A DNA stretch of 64,000 nt from Macrostomum hystrix (lineage: Eukaryota > Animalia > Platyhelminthes), in contig CATNEN010000030.1 of NCBI GenBank assembly GCA_950097015.1, forward strand, positions 2,418,001-2,482,000. Direction: 5' to 3'. Positions within the stretch are counted from its first letter, which is position 1; each line of letters begins with the position of its first letter. Of the stretch, positions 12,151 through 25,174 are shown in pieces. The notes below the pieces were generated by a model. It was not told where the DNA came from, searched no databases, and saw only the letters and a list, made by a program, of their open reading frames with translations. Both the position numbers and the translations under genes were made by a program.

Positions 12151-12261
12151 GGTCTGAGCAGCACGAGCAGTAGTGACAAGCCCCAATAATCCAAAAATGG
12201 TAGGGCTTCAAAACAACTCAAAAAACTCGAAGACTGTTTGCGGCTCCCGCTCGCATTATAG

Positions 12262-12830
12262 GGAGGCTTCGTTGTCACGCCCACCGGAGAGCTGGTGCCC
12301 CGACAGCCCGTGTCCATCCTGAAGCAGAATACCGGCGCCAAAACTGTCACCTTCAGCTTGGACGAAGAGCAGCAGGCTGCCGCTGGGTCCAAGAAGCCTG
12401 CCAGTCATCAGCTGACTCCGCGATTCGATCGGCGACAGACCCGTGGGGCCATCAGCGCTGACGAGGTCGCCGCGGCGACGGCGGCCTATCAGCGAGCGCA
12501 GCAGTCGACTTTCGTTGTTGCGAAGCCCGAATCCGCGGTCGACGTTGCTGACGATGCGGCCGCGCCACGGCTCGTCCTGATGACATCGGGATCCAGCGCC
12601 GGGCAGACGGTGGCACCGGTGCAGAGTCGGGCAAAGCAAGCGCCGAAGATTGTCGTTCAAGACGAGAACGATTCGGTGTTCTACAAGGAGTTCGAACCGA
12701 CTGCCCGCTCTGCCGGCGGCAAAGTATTGCGCAATAGTCAGGCATCGAAGAGGCTTCGCGGGAGTCCAGGCGAACGGGGTCGGTTCGAAGCGATGACGGA
12801 AGACTCCGATGAGGAGATGGAGTCTGTCAG
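12262..12830 (+). CDS. Gene B exon 2: contains SILK and KTVTF (RVxF-type) motifs
   Basis: Acceptor cattatag| (phase 0), GC-rich open frame, donor AG|GTGTGT (phase 2). Confidence 0.8.
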
Positions 12831-12918
12831 GTGTGTTTTTTAGCAATTCCATCGCACACTACTACTCTGTAAGTAGCATAGTGGTGCATCAACATTCCTC
12901 TCAATCACACAACGACAG

Positions 12919-12985
12919 ATACGCTGGCAGCTCCCGACGCGAGGATCCGTCAGCGGGTCGTTCAAGAGCTTGCGCGATTCTTTGA
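12919..12985 (+). CDS. Gene B last exon, ending in CaaX box CAIL*
   Basis: Acceptor acgacag| restores frame after an 88-bp intron; reads RYAGSSRREDPSAGRSRACAIL*, TGA at 12983-12985. Confidence 0.7.
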
Positions 12986-13169
12986 CCTTGTGAAACCTTT
13001 GACGTTATATTATCATAATTGACGTTACCTACCACTTGACCTCCGGCAGAACTTCTTCAAGCCTCTGTGTGGATATACTCGTATATTTTAACATTCTTCT
13101 TGTATAGTTTCAATGTTATGTCGTTCAATCTACGAGCCGTATAATACCAGTAGTACGTATGATTTGAAC

Positions 13170-16100
13170 CAGGACCAATCAGCTAAACTTCCTTATTCTT
13201 GACCAATCAGCTGATCTTCCTTATTCTTGACCAATCAGCTGATCTTCCTTATTCTTGACCAATCAGCTGATCTTCCTTATTCTTGACCAATCAGCTGATC
13301 TTCCTTATTTTTGACCAATCAGCTGATCTTCCTTATTCTTGATCAATCAGCTAAACTTCCTTATTCTTGACCAATCAGCTGATCTTCCTTATTTTTGACC
13401 AATCAGCTGATCTTCCTTATTCTTGACCAATCAGCTGATCTTCCTTATTCTTGACCAATCAGCTGATCTTCCTTATTCTTGACCAATCAGCTGATCTTAC
13501 TTATTCTTGACCAATCAGCTGATCTTCCTTATTCTTGACCAATCAGCTGATCTTCCTTATTTTTGACCAATCAGCTGATCTTCCTTATTCTTGACCAATC
13601 AGCTGATCTTCCTTATTCTTGACCAATCAGCTGATCTTCCTTATTCTTGACCAATCAGCTGATCTTCCTTATTTTTGACCAATCAGCTGATCTTCCTTAT
13701 TCTTGACCAATCAGCTGATCTTCCTTATTCTTGACCAATCAGCTGATCTTACTTATTCTTGACCAATCAGCTGATCTTCCTTATTCTTGACCAATCAGCT
13801 GATCTTCCTTATTCTTGATCAATCAGCTAAACTTCCTTATTCTTGACCAACCAGCTGATCTTCCTTATTTTTGACCAATCAGCTGATCTTCCTTATTCTT
13901 GACCAATCAGCTGATCTTCCTTATTCTTGACCAATCAGCTGATCTTCCTTATTCTTGACCAATCAGCTGATCTTCCTTATTCTTGACCAATCAGCTGATC
14001 TTCCTTATTTTTGACCAATCAGCTGATCTTCCTTATTTTTGACCAATCAGCTGATCTTCCTTATTCTTGACCAATCAGCTGATCTTCCTTATTCTTGACC
14101 AATCAGCTGATCTTACTTATTCTTGACCAATCAGCTGATCTTACTTATTCTTGACCAATCAGCTGATATTCCTTATTCTTGACCAATCAGCTGATCTTCC
14201 TTATTCTTGACCAATCAGCTGATCTTCCTTATTCTTGATCAATCAGCTAAACTTCCTTATTCTTGACCAATCAGCTGATCTTCCTTATTCTTGACCAATC
14301 AGCTGATCTTCCTTATTCTTGACCAATCAGCTGATCTTCCTTATTCTTGACCAATCAGCTGATCTTCCTTATTTTTGACCAATCAGCTGATCTTCCTTAT
14401 TCTTGACCAATCAGCTGATCTTCCTTATTCTTGACCAATCAGCTGATCTTACTTATTCTTGACCAATCAGCTGATCTTCCTTATTTTTGACCAATCAGCT
14501 GATCTTCCTTATTTTTGACCAATCAGCTGATCTTCCTTATTCTTGACCAATCAGCTGATCTTCCTTATTCTTGACCAATCAGCTGATCTTACTTATTCTT
14601 GACCAATCAGCTGATCTTCCTTATTCTTGACCAATCAGCTGATCTTCCTTATTCTTCACCAATCAGCTGATCTTACTTATTCTTGACCAATCAGCTGATA
14701 TTCCTTATTCTTGACCAATCAGCTGATCTTACTTATTCTTGACCAATCAGCTGATCTTCCTTATTCTTGACCAATCAGCTGATCTTACTTATTCTTGACC
14801 AATCAGCTAAACTTCCTTATTCTTGACCAATCAGCTAAACTTCCTTATTCTTGACCAACCAGCTGATCTTCCTTATTCTTGACCAATCAGCTGATCTTCC
14901 TTATTCTTGATCAATCAGCTGATCTTCCTTATTCTTGATCAATCAGCTAAACTTCCTTATTCTTGACCAACCAGCTGATCTTCCTTATTTTTGACCAATC
15001 AGCTGATCTTCCTTATTCTTGACCAATCAGCTGATCTTCCTTATTCTTGACCAATCAGCTAAACTTCCTTATTTTTGACCAACCAGCTGATCTTCCTTAT
15101 TCTTGACCAATCAGCTGATCTTCCTTATTCTTGATCAATCAGCTGATCTTCCTTATTCTTGATCAATCAGCTAAACTTCCTTATTCTTGACCAACCAGCT
15201 GATCTTCCTTATTTTTGACCAATCAGCTGATCTTCCTTATTCTTGACCAATCAGCTGATCTTCCTTATTCTTGACCAATCAGCTGATCTTCCTTATTCTT
15301 GACCAATCAGCTGATCTTCCTTATTCTTGACCAATCAGCTGATCTTCCTTATTTTTGACCAATCAGCTGATCTTCCTTATTTTTGACCAATCAGCTGATC
15401 TTCCTTATTCTTGACCAATCAGCTGATCTTCCTTATTCTTGACCAATCAGCTGATCTTACTTATTCTTGACCAATCAGCTGATCTTACTTATTCTTGACC
15501 AATCAGCTGATATTCCTTATTCTTGACCAATCAGCTGATCTTCCTTATTCTTGACCAATCAGCTGATCTTCCTTATTCTTGATCAATCAGCTAAACTTCC
15601 TTATTCTTGACCAATCAGCTGATCTTCCTTATTCTTGACCAATCAGCTGATCTTCCTTATTCTTGACCAATCAGCTGATCTTACTTATTCTTGACCAATC
15701 AGCTGATCTTCCTTATTTTTGACCAATCAGCTGATCTTCCTTATTCTTGACCAATCAGCTGATCTTCCTTATTCTTGACCAATCAGCTGATCTTACTTAT
15801 TCTTGACCAATCAGCTGATCTTCCTTATTTTTGACCAATCAGCTGATCTTCCTTATTTTTGACCAATCAGCTGATCTTCCTTATTCTTGACCAATCAGCT
15901 GATCTTCCTTATTCTTGACCAATCAGCTGATCTTACTTATTCTTGACCAATCAGCTGATCTTCCTTATTCTTGACCAATCAGCTGATCTTCCTTATTCTT
16001 CACCAATCAGCTGATCTTACTTATTCTTGACCAATCAGCTGATATTCCTTATTCTTGACCAATCAGCTGATCTTACTTATTCTTGACCAATCAGCTGATC

Positions 16101-16462
16101 TTCCTTATTCTTGACCAATCAGCTGATCTTACTTATTCTTGACCAATCAGCTGATCTTCCTTATTCTTGACCAATCAGCTGATCTTCCTTATTCTTGACC
16201 AATCAGCTGATCTTCCTTATTCTTGACCAATAAGCTGATCTTCCTTATTCTTGACCAATCAGCTGATCTTCCTTATTCTTGACCAATCAGCTGATCTTCT
16301 TTATTCTTGACCAATCAGCTGATCTTACTTATTCTTGACCAATCAGCTGATCTTACTTATTCTTGACCAATCAGCTGATCTTCCTTATTCTTCACCAATC
16401 AGCTGATCTTACTTATTCTTGACCAATCAGCTGATATTCCTTATTCTTGACCAATCAGCTGA
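13170..16462. repeat. 28-bp satellite GACCAATCAGCTGATCTTCCTTATTCTT, about 117 copies
   Basis: Visible tandem units with recurring variant blocks. Confidence 0.97.
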
Positions 16463-17290
16463 TTCATGTGTCGCTTCCGAATTCGTAGTTAATCGCATGC
16501 AGGCCTTAACAGGTATCCAACTGATTTTTAACAGAAAACTTGAATCCTATTTTTTCAGATATTTGAAATAATTATTTTCGAAAGTGTCGCACATTGGTGT
16601 TGATATCGTATAGCTCAATTCTTGTACAGACAAACATGTGACCTTACTAAGAATAATTTGACTAAGGTTTTAAATAAATAAAAGTTCTGCTACGAATCAG
16701 TAGCTCATACAATAAACATCTTCCTCTGTAACACCAGAACTTTTTGTAATACATCCTACTACATATTCTCTACTAGCTACTAACAAAAATGAGTAGCATG
16801 AAGCGCCTATTTCGGATGCATCAAGCGGTGGTGGAGTTAAAAACTGGTTGTGCAAAAAAGAGATTTGCTAGTTTACACTCCGAGCTGCTCAGTCTTCTCT
16901 CCCTCTATGCTCAGTGCTCAACTTGGAGTCGAGACGCACAGCTTCGCCAAGTAGAACCCTTCTTAAGCACAATTTTAAGCACCGCTAAAGCTATGTTATT
17001 TTGTACATCTCAAACCGGTCTATACGGGTGGAGTACAGTGTTTTGAGCAGTATAGGAGGGTTCTTTCAGAAAATGAATTTCAGTGTACTTGTATTTTTCT
17101 ATCTGAAAACTCCTCTACCGTTAGCGCGCAGTAATTTAGCAGTAGGTTCAAAAAAATAAATTTCAATACTTCATATTAATTCATGATTAGGAACATTGTG
17201 CAGTAACCAAGCTTAAATAACTGCAGCAATACCGTTATTAGCAATAAAAAATTTTTCGTAGCTTTCAACTGGCTGTCTGAAAGAAGTTAA

Positions 17291-17460
17291 ATGGAGTTTT
17301 ACCTGCCCACATTTTCTAATGCCGAACTTGCCGAGAGCTTAAGCCGACACCTGCTGCTCAATGGGGGTAAGGCGAGTCCTAGCAACGGTTGCTATGCGGT
17401 TGCTATCGAAGCAGCTTTGGCTGCGGAGGAGCAAGATCAGGCTGTAGCTGCGACGGATTG
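17291..17460 (+). CDS. Gene C (FAM217-like) putative first coding exon
   Basis: Acceptor tttttcgtag at 17261, ATG 17291 (MEFYLPTFSNAELAESL...), donor TG|GTGAGT (phase 2). Linkage to gene C rests on phase match only. Confidence 0.5.
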
Positions 17461-17471
17461 GTGAGTATGAC

Positions 17472-17772
17472 TATTCTATTCTATTCTATTCTATTCTATT
17501 CTATTCTATTCTATTGTATTATATTATATTCTATTCTATTCTATTCTATTCTATTCTATTCTATTATATTCTATTATATTATATTATATTATATTATATT
17601 CTATTCTATTCTATTCTATTCTATTCTACTCTATTCTATTATATTCTATTCTATTCTATTCTATTCTATTCTGTTCTATTCTATTATATTCTATTCTATT
17701 CTATTCTATTCTATTCTATTCTATTCTATTCCATTCTATTCTATTCTTTTCTATTCTTTTCTATTCTGTTCT
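17472..17772. repeat. (CTATT)n microsatellite
   Basis: Begins right after the donor at 17461. Confidence 0.95.
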
Positions 17773-18617
17773 GCTCTGGCGGCATCTAATTAAAGGAGCT
17801 CATTAAAAATCCCATTTCGCTTGTCATTGAGATTCAAAGCTCTAAATAGACTTGGAATGCTGAGCGGTTTGCCGGGCAAAAAAGCCAAACAAGGAAATCA
17901 ATATAGTCACACCCATTTTGAGTCAACATTAGGCTAGCATCTCTGAAAGCAGCTGGCTCCAACAGAGTGCCAAGCTAAACTGGAGTGTCATACTTTAGCT
18001 TGAGTCAATCGATGCCAACTCAGTGCATCAGCCTGCATTGTCGGGTTACAGAGGCCCAGTGTGGCTTGCTTCAAGGCCCTTGACTTCCGGGGTGGTGACG
18101 CGAGACAACAATGAAAGACCGTATAGTCTGGCGAGGGGAACCGACTGTTCGGGCATAGAGAAATTGGCATTGAGGCATTGACGCAGAGGGAGAAGATTAG
18201 AAGGGGAGAAGTGGCCATGGTTCTCAAGTGCGTCTTGCTGCTGGCCATGCCTTGGCAACGTCTTGACAATAAGGGGTCGTGCGGCAGGGCGTGCGGCAGC
18301 GATACACACTGGGATGCACAGCTGGGAGAGCAATGGACTAAGGCTGTGGATTAGGTAGTCGAGAATCAGCTCAATATTAATCTCGATTTGTACTAAACTC
18401 ACAAAGGATATTGTATAGCATAGTGGTTTAGAGCTTTGAATTTCTAATTGAGAGATGTACTTAGGCAAAAAATACTTCCTAATTTCTTCGGTTCTTAAGT
18501 TCCTCCCGGTTGTAAAACAGGTGTTCTCCTCACAGTCCATGGACTGAACAGCTGTACATCTGGTCCAACTGTGCTAGGTTTATCGTCTCTATCTGCCTTG
18601 TGAAAAAAACGAGAATA

Positions 18618-18964
18618 ATAACAATAATTGCTGGAGGGCTGCGGGCAGTGGCACATCACTTGGTGACAATAGACCCGCAGCCAGCGAGGAGGCAATTCTG
18701 GCCATTTCGCTGACTCCTGAGCACACTCGCACACAGACACCGTACGCAGGCACCCGCTCACACAGGTGTGTACATCTGCCCTGACTTTCTCATCGTCAGG
18801 CAGTGTACACTCTCATTGTGCCTTGGAGGTTGGACCTCTATGGCGTAAATTGCACGACAAGCCCCCAAGTCTTCTCTCCGCGGCTGCGCCCTAAATGAAT
18901 GTGGCCTCGCCGTGGAATCGAGCTTAGGGTCCTTGGTGCGAGAGGTTAACGCTCTGCCACCGAC
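18618..18964 (-). mobile_element. SINE family 2 copy
   Basis: Colinear with 6272-6620. Confidence 0.85.
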
Positions 18965-19354
18965 CCCCCGTGAAAAAAGGAGGACAATTCTTCCAAATAA
19001 AAAAATGTCTTATATATAAATGAGTTGCATAATGGATTGGCACAGAGATCTCTTCGCATACAAATCGGTGGACAGAAATTCAACCCGTGATTATTCACTC
19101 AGTAAGGCTACCAATCACAATTCAATTTTTATTTTTATGGACCTTGTTAACAAATGCGACTCAAGCCAACTTGGAATAGAAGATTTGAGCAAAAAGGTTG
19201 GAATGAAGACTTTGGAAGGCCTTGAGAAACAGATTAATTGGGAGTAATGTCGATTGCAGTGTGAACCTTCATTGTCAAGCAATATCCCAGGGGAATGCTT
19301 TGAGTTGGACTAGTAATTAAAAGGAGAGCTTAAAAAACTCCCGTCTTGCTCAAG

Positions 19355-19579
19355 GCTGAGGGAAGTAGGAAATTTCCCACGGGATGTGGAGCCGCAGCCA
19401 ATGGGACTGGCACCAGCCTTGGGTGTATTTGAGCCAGTGCCGGAGGTTGGGAAGCGCGCGGAGAGACCGGTTTACGATGCTGGGCTCGATCTTCTGCCGA
19501 ATTCCCGTGCCAGCAACAGCGCCAAACACCAGCGAGGCGCCGGCTGCGCGGAATTCAAAGGCGCAGCAACCGCGCAGCA
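19355..19579 (+). CDS. Gene C putative exon 2
   Basis: Acceptor cttgctcaag| (phase 2), natural-looking frame (VFEPVPEVGKRAERPVYDAG), donor CA|GTGAGG; avoids the TGA at 19581. Confidence 0.5.
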
Positions 19580-19661
19580 GTGAGGAAGGGGCACGGCGCA
19601 GTCGCCGAGGTCCGGGAACCCCGGCGACTGCTGCGCGGGTTGAAGAGCTTCTGCTGTTCAG

Positions 19662-19780
19662 GCTGAGCCGCTGCCTTCAATGCAGGTCCTCCGTGCTGCA
19701 GGAGCGCGACCTGCTGGCGGCAGGCGCGGAGGACGACGAAACTGACGACGTCGATGGCGAAGACGACGGAGCGACGAAGG
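19662..19780 (+). CDS. Gene C exon 3 (acidic tract)
   Basis: Acceptor ctgttcag|, donor G|GTGAGC (phase 1). The 5' boundary could instead extend to ATG 19384 or 19477. Confidence 0.6.
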
Positions 19781-19799
19781 GTGAGCGGGAAACTAAACC

Positions 19800-19900
19800 C
19801 ACAGACAGACAGACAGATAGACAGACAGACAGACAGACAGAGAGACAGACAGAGAGACAGACAGAGAGACAGACAGACAGACAGTCAGAAGACAGACAGA
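19800..19900. repeat. (ACAG)n microsatellite in a gene C intron
   Basis: Visible. Confidence 0.95.
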
Positions 19901-19919
19901 CCGGCGTTCGCCCTTGCAG

Positions 19920-20298
19920 GGACGGCCGAAGGGACGCCTCGTCGATTGCAACGGCGGCCTCCGCGTCCACCATCATCGTCGTCCACGTTGGCCTCGGTGC
20001 AACCGGCCACCGTTGTCGGCGGCGCCGGCAGACTCTACGGGTCGGCGCGGGTGCCGGACATCCGGCTGACCCGGGACCCGGTGGCCGCCTACAGGGAGTC
20101 GCTGCGGGTCAGCATGCGCGCCTTCCGTCAGCGCCACTGGCGGCCGCTGGATGTTGAAGCGCTGGAGGCGGCTCGCGATCCGGAGGACATCGACAGGCGC
20201 AGCTGCCGTCTGGGACGGGGCGGTGGCGTTGGCAGCTTTGGCGGTTCGAGCTCGCGACCGATGTCAGCTGCCGGTTCGACTGTGAAGTTCCCTGCACC
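19920..20298 (+). CDS. Gene C exon 4
   Basis: Acceptor cccttgcag| (phase 1), donor CC|GTAAGT (phase 2); GC-rich open frame. Confidence 0.75.
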
Positions 20299-20375
20299 GT
20301 AAGTGCAAGCCAGGTGTACAGCCAGTGCCGCAGCTGCAGCAGTTACGCGGCACATCCAAATCCGCGTGTACTGCA

Positions 20376-20560
20376 GTTCAGTCCATGGACTGGGGAGGCC
20401 GCCAAACTCCTCCCCAATATTCTATCCCCCTATGTTACAGCTGAATGCTATGCATGCAGAGTTTAGTGTCTTGCTCAACGATGCAATTTTTTTCCAACCC
20501 CTGTGCTGAGACTCGAACTCCCGACCTCTCGGTCAGAAGGCCGAAAGCTCTAAGCACTAC
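20376..20560 (-). mobile_element. SINE family 1 copy
   Basis: cagtccatggactgggga ... gagtttagtgtcttgct ... actcgaactcccgacct. Confidence 0.7.
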
Positions 20561-20604
20561 AAGCTTTGCTCATGTACTTAGTCGTAACAGATGTACATTA
20601 TCAG

Positions 20605-20889
20605 GCGACGTCGGCCAAAATCTGTTCCGGCTGAGGCGCTGAACAGCCGAGCTGCGGCAGCGGCGGCTTCGGCCACGGCAGTCCAGAAGGAGCCCAGCTC
20701 AGATCAGCCGACATCACCACCCCCGTTGCGCTTGGAAGACTGCGCTCCGGCATTTACACCACGCTTTTACGACTGGCAGGGCGATATCGAATGCGAAAAT
20801 GATAACGCGGCGGCGTCTGCGACAGCCGAGCGGGGACAAAGATCAGGGAGCAGCGACGTCAACAGCGGCAGTGGACGCGGAGCACAAAG
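20605..20889 (+). CDS. Gene C exon 5
   Basis: Acceptor attatcag| (phase 2), donor AG|GTAATT (phase 2). Confidence 0.7.
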
Positions 20890-20984
20890 GTAATTATCGA
20901 AAAAGTTCAGCATCTCCTTCTCCTATTCACACTGGCTCACTCAGCGTAAATTTCTCTCTCCCACTCAAACAATGGTGGCGACAG

Positions 20985-21291
20985 CAGCGATGACGATCAA
21001 GACGACAGCGACGCCGAGGACGACAACGACGCCGACGCGGACGTGAGACAACAGCAGCGAAAGTCGTCCACGGCGTCGCTAAGCCGCGCCTCGGCTGGCG
21101 CCGCCGCCGCCGCCGATGGTTCGCCGCGTCGCCGATTTCGGCCGCCGGAGCTGAACCTGCCGCCGGAGCGGGAGCCGCAGTTCCTGCTGGCCAGCAGCTG
21201 CTTGGAGAACGACAGGATCGAGTTCTCAGCCAAACTGATCCGAGATCTGCCCCGATTCGAGTTCGAGTCCGCTCTGCCGGAGCCCTTCTCT
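20985..21291 (+). CDS. Gene C exon 6, start of FAM217-like motif (LPEPFS)
   Basis: NAGNAG acceptor acag|cag| (20985 or 20988, same frame), donor TCT|GTGAGT (phase 0). Confidence 0.75.
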
Positions 21292-21351
21292 GTGAGTGGC
21301 ACCGTTTTGCAATTGTGCTCAAAGACATTCACAACCTCGCAAAGAACGTAG

Positions 21352-21835
21352 CTTTTCTCACCTGTCCTCACTATTCTCTCACCTGATCCCAATATTCTCT
21401 GACCTGTCCACAATATTCTCTGACCTGTCCACAATATTCTCTGACCTGTCCACAATATTCTCTGACCTGTCCACAATATTCTCTGACCTGTCCACAATAT
21501 TCTCTGACCTGTCCACAATATTCTCTGACCTGTCCACAATATTCTCTGACCTGTCCACAATATTCTCTGACCTGTCCACAATATTCTCTGACCTGTCCAC
21601 AATATTCTCTGACCTGTCCACAATATTCTCTGACCTGTCCACAATATTCTCTGACCTGTCCACAATATTCTCTGACCTGTCCACAATATTCTCTGACCTG
21701 TCCACAATATTCTCTGACCTGTCCACAATATTCTCTGACCTGTCCACAATATTCTCTGACCTGTCCACAATATTCTCTGACCTGTCCACAATATTCTCTG
21801 ACCTGTCCACAATATTCTCTGACCTATTCACCGTA
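21352..21835. repeat. 21-bp minisatellite AATATTCTCTGACCTGTCCAC
   Basis: Near-perfect units inside a gene C intron. Confidence 0.97.
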
Positions 21836-21864
21836 TTCTTTCACCTGCGTTCAATATTCCCCAG

Positions 21865-22137
21865 AAAGCCTCATTCCGCTCGCTAGCCGACTGCGACAAC
21901 GGCTGGCGCAGCGTGTTCCCCGAAGCCCTGACCGAGTCGCAGCCCGGTCTAGCCGGCCTCATGGACCGCCTGGTTGCCATGGAGAGGCTGCAGCTGCACA
22001 CCGTCCGGATGGAAGCCGCCCGATTCAGCGCAGCAGCGGCTGTCGGGGCCTCATCGGCAGCTAAGCGCGTCACGTCGGCCTCCGGCCCCGCTGGCGGCCG
22101 GCCAAGGAGTCGCAACTGCTGCCGCGGCTGCCTTCAG
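21865..22137 (+). CDS. Gene C exon 7, FAM217-like core
   Basis: Acceptor ttccccag|, donor CAG|[25 protein letters not shown] resembles, from memory, the FAM217 motif IxRLLExERLQxxTIxxE. Confidence 0.75.
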
Positions 22138-22154
22138 GTGAATTCTTGAGCCAA

Positions 22155-24260
22155 TCCCACCTCCGTGTCTTCTAGGGGCAACCCAACCCTCCTCCGTGTC
22201 TCTTAAGGGGAACCCACACTCCTCCGAGTGTTCTATGGCAATCCAACACCTCCTCCGTGCCTTCTTTGGCAACCCAACCCTTTTCCCTGTCTTCTATGAC
22301 AACCCAACCCTCCTCCATGTCTATTGGGACAACCCAACCCCTCCTCCATGTCTATTGGGACAACCCAACCCCTCCTCCATGTCTATTGGGACAACCCAAC
22401 CCCTCCTCCATGTCTATTGGGACAACCCAACCCCTCCTCCATGTCTATTGGGACAACCCAACCCTCCTTTATGTCTATTGGGACAACCCAACCCCTCCTC
22501 CATGTCTATTGGGACAACCCAACCCTCCTCCATGTCTATTGGGACAACCCAACCCCTCCTCCATGTCTATTGGGACAACCCAACCCTCCTTTATGTCTAT
22601 TGGGACAACCCAACCCCTCCTCCATGTCTATTGGGACAACCCAACCCTCCTCCATGTCTATTGGGACAACCCAACCCTCCTCCATGTCTATTGGGACAAC
22701 CCAACCCTCCTCCATGTCTATTGGGACAACCCAACCCCTCCTCCATGTCTATTGGGACAACCCAACCCTCCTCCATGTCTATTGGGACAACCCAACCCTC
22801 CTCCATGTCTATTGGGACAACCCAACCCTCCTCCATGTCTATTGGGACAACCCAACCCTCCTCCATGTCTATTGGGACAACCCAACCCTCCTCCATGTCT
22901 ATTGGGACAACCCAACCCTCTTCCATGTCTATTGGGACAACCCAACCCTCCTCCATGTCTATTGGGACAACCCAACCCTCCTCCATGTCTATTGGGACAA
23001 CCCAACCCTCCTCCATGTCTATTGGGACAACCCAACCCCTCCTCCATGTCTATTGGGACAACCCAACCCTTCTCCATGTCTATTGGGACAACCCAACCCT
23101 TCTCCATGTCTATTGGGACAACCCAACCCTCCTCCATGTCTATTGGGACAACCCAACCCTCCTCCATGTCTATTGGGACAACCCAACCCTCCTCCATGTC
23201 TATTGGGACAACCCAACCCTCCTCCATGTCTATTGGGACAACCCAACCCTCTTCCATGTCTATTGGGACAACCCAACCCTCCTCCATGTCTATTGGGACA
23301 ACCCAACCCTCCTCCATGTCTATTGGGACAACCCAACCCTCCTCCATGTCTATTGGGACAACCCAACCCTCCTCCATGTCTATTGGGACAACCCAACCCT
23401 CCTCCATGTCTATTGGGACAACCCAACCCTCTTCCATGTCTATTGGGACAACCCAACCCTCCTCCATGTCTATTGGGACAACCCAACCCTCCTCCATGTC
23501 TATTGGGACAACCCAACCCTCCTCCATGTCTATTGGGACAACCCAACCCCTCCTCCATGTCTATTGGGACAACCCAACCCCTCCTCCATGTCTATTGGGA
23601 CAACCCAACCCTCCTCCATGTCTATTGGGACAACCCAACCCCTCCTCCATGTCTATTGGGACAACCCAACCCTCCTCCATGTCTATTGGGACAACCCAAC
23701 CCTCCTCCATGTCTATTGGGACAACCTAACACTCCTCCATGTCTATTGGGACAACCCAACCCCTCCTCCATGTCTATTGGGACAACCCAACCCCTCCTCC
23801 ATGTCTATTGGGACAACCCAACCCCTCCTCCATGTCTATTGGGACAACCCAACCCTCTTCCATGTCTATTGGGACAACCCAACCCCTCCTCCATGTCTAT
23901 TGGGACAACCTAACACTCCTCCATGTCTATTGGGACAACCCAACCCTCCTCCATGTCTATTGGGACAACCCAACCCCTCCTCCATGTCTATTGGGACAAA
24001 CCAACCCCTCCTCCATGTCTATTGGGACAACCCAACCCCTCCTCCATGTCTATTGGGACAACCCAACCCCTCCTCCATGTCTATTGGGACAACCCAACCC
24101 CTCCTCCATGTCTATTGGGACAACCCAACCCCTCCTCCATGTCTATTGGGACAACCCAACCCTCCTCCATGTCTATTGGGACAACCCAACCCTCCTCCAT
24201 GTCTATTGGGACAACCCAACCCCTCCTCCATGTCTATTGGGACAACCCAACCCTCCTCCG
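22155..24260. repeat. 30/31-bp minisatellite CCAACCCTCCTCCATGTCTATTGGGACAAC
   Basis: Visible units; source of the spurious 490-690 aa ORFs. Confidence 0.97.
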
Positions 24261-24589
24261 TTTCTTAGCCAAGATGGATAACTTAAAAGACTAAAAATGG
24301 ACATGCCTGGATGTGGGGAGAGGAACAAACAGTTAACTCAACTAACAAAAACTGGGGAAAAACTACCTTTTCGGGAACGGGATTGTCGAGAACAAGAGAG
24401 TTGATTGGCTGTCAGATATGAATGCGATATTGTTTACACTGCTAGCGAGATGAAACTCTAGCAGTCAATGGGACTTGTTTGTTCCGGACAAGCAGAAAGC
24501 TGAGGCGACGGCTTGACGAATGAGAATGTACTTTCTTCTTAGCTACTTAATTAATGACTAAAATATTGAGACAATAGATATTTGGGCAT

Positions 24590-25140
24590 AGTAATCTATT
24601 ATCTACAGACTAATCTCTTATCTACAGACTAATCTCTTATCTACTGACTAATCTCTTATCTACTGACTAATCTCTTATCTACTGACTAATCTCTTATCTA
24701 CTGACTAATCTCTTATCTACAGACTAATCTCTTATCTACAGACTAATCTCTTATCTACTGACTAATCTCTTATCTACTGACTAATCTCTTATCTACAGAC
24801 TAATCTCTTATCTACAGACTAATCTCTTATCTACAGACTAATCTCTTATCTACTGACTAATCTCTTATCTACTGACTAATCTCTTATCTACTGACTAATC
24901 TCTTATCTACTGACTAATCTCTTATCTACTGACTAATCTCTTATCTACAGACTAATCTCTTATCTACAAACTAATAACTTATCTACAGACTAATCTCTTA
25001 TCTACAGACTAATCTCTTATCTACAGACTAATCTCTTATCTACTGACTAATCTCTTATCTACAGACTAATCTCTTATCTACAAACTAATAACTTATCTAC
25101 AGACTAATCTCTTATCTACAGACTAATCTCTTATCCACAG
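24590..25140. repeat. 19-bp minisatellite TAC(T/A)GACTAATCTCTTATC
   Basis: Visible units ending at the gene C last acceptor. Confidence 0.95.
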
Positions 25141-25174
25141 TCTTATCACTTAGTCTTGTCCTGCCGTGCCGCAG

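Noticed and set aside
13170-16462. CRISPR-like appearance of regular repeats (also other arrays)
   Set aside because: No unique spacers, no cas genes, eukaryotic context.
18046-18540. 164-aa minus ORF with LSPLL, suggestive of an RT fragment
   Set aside because: No QG motif, YADD or other RT motifs; no recognisable homology.
19384-19583. MWSRSQWDWH... as the gene C start
   Set aside because: The alternative frame with an 82-bp intron (19580-19661) gives more natural sequence and consistent phases; kept only as a fallback.
22196-24294. ORFs of 490-690 aa
   Set aside because: Translations of the 30/31-bp array, open in several frames at once, inside a gene C intron.
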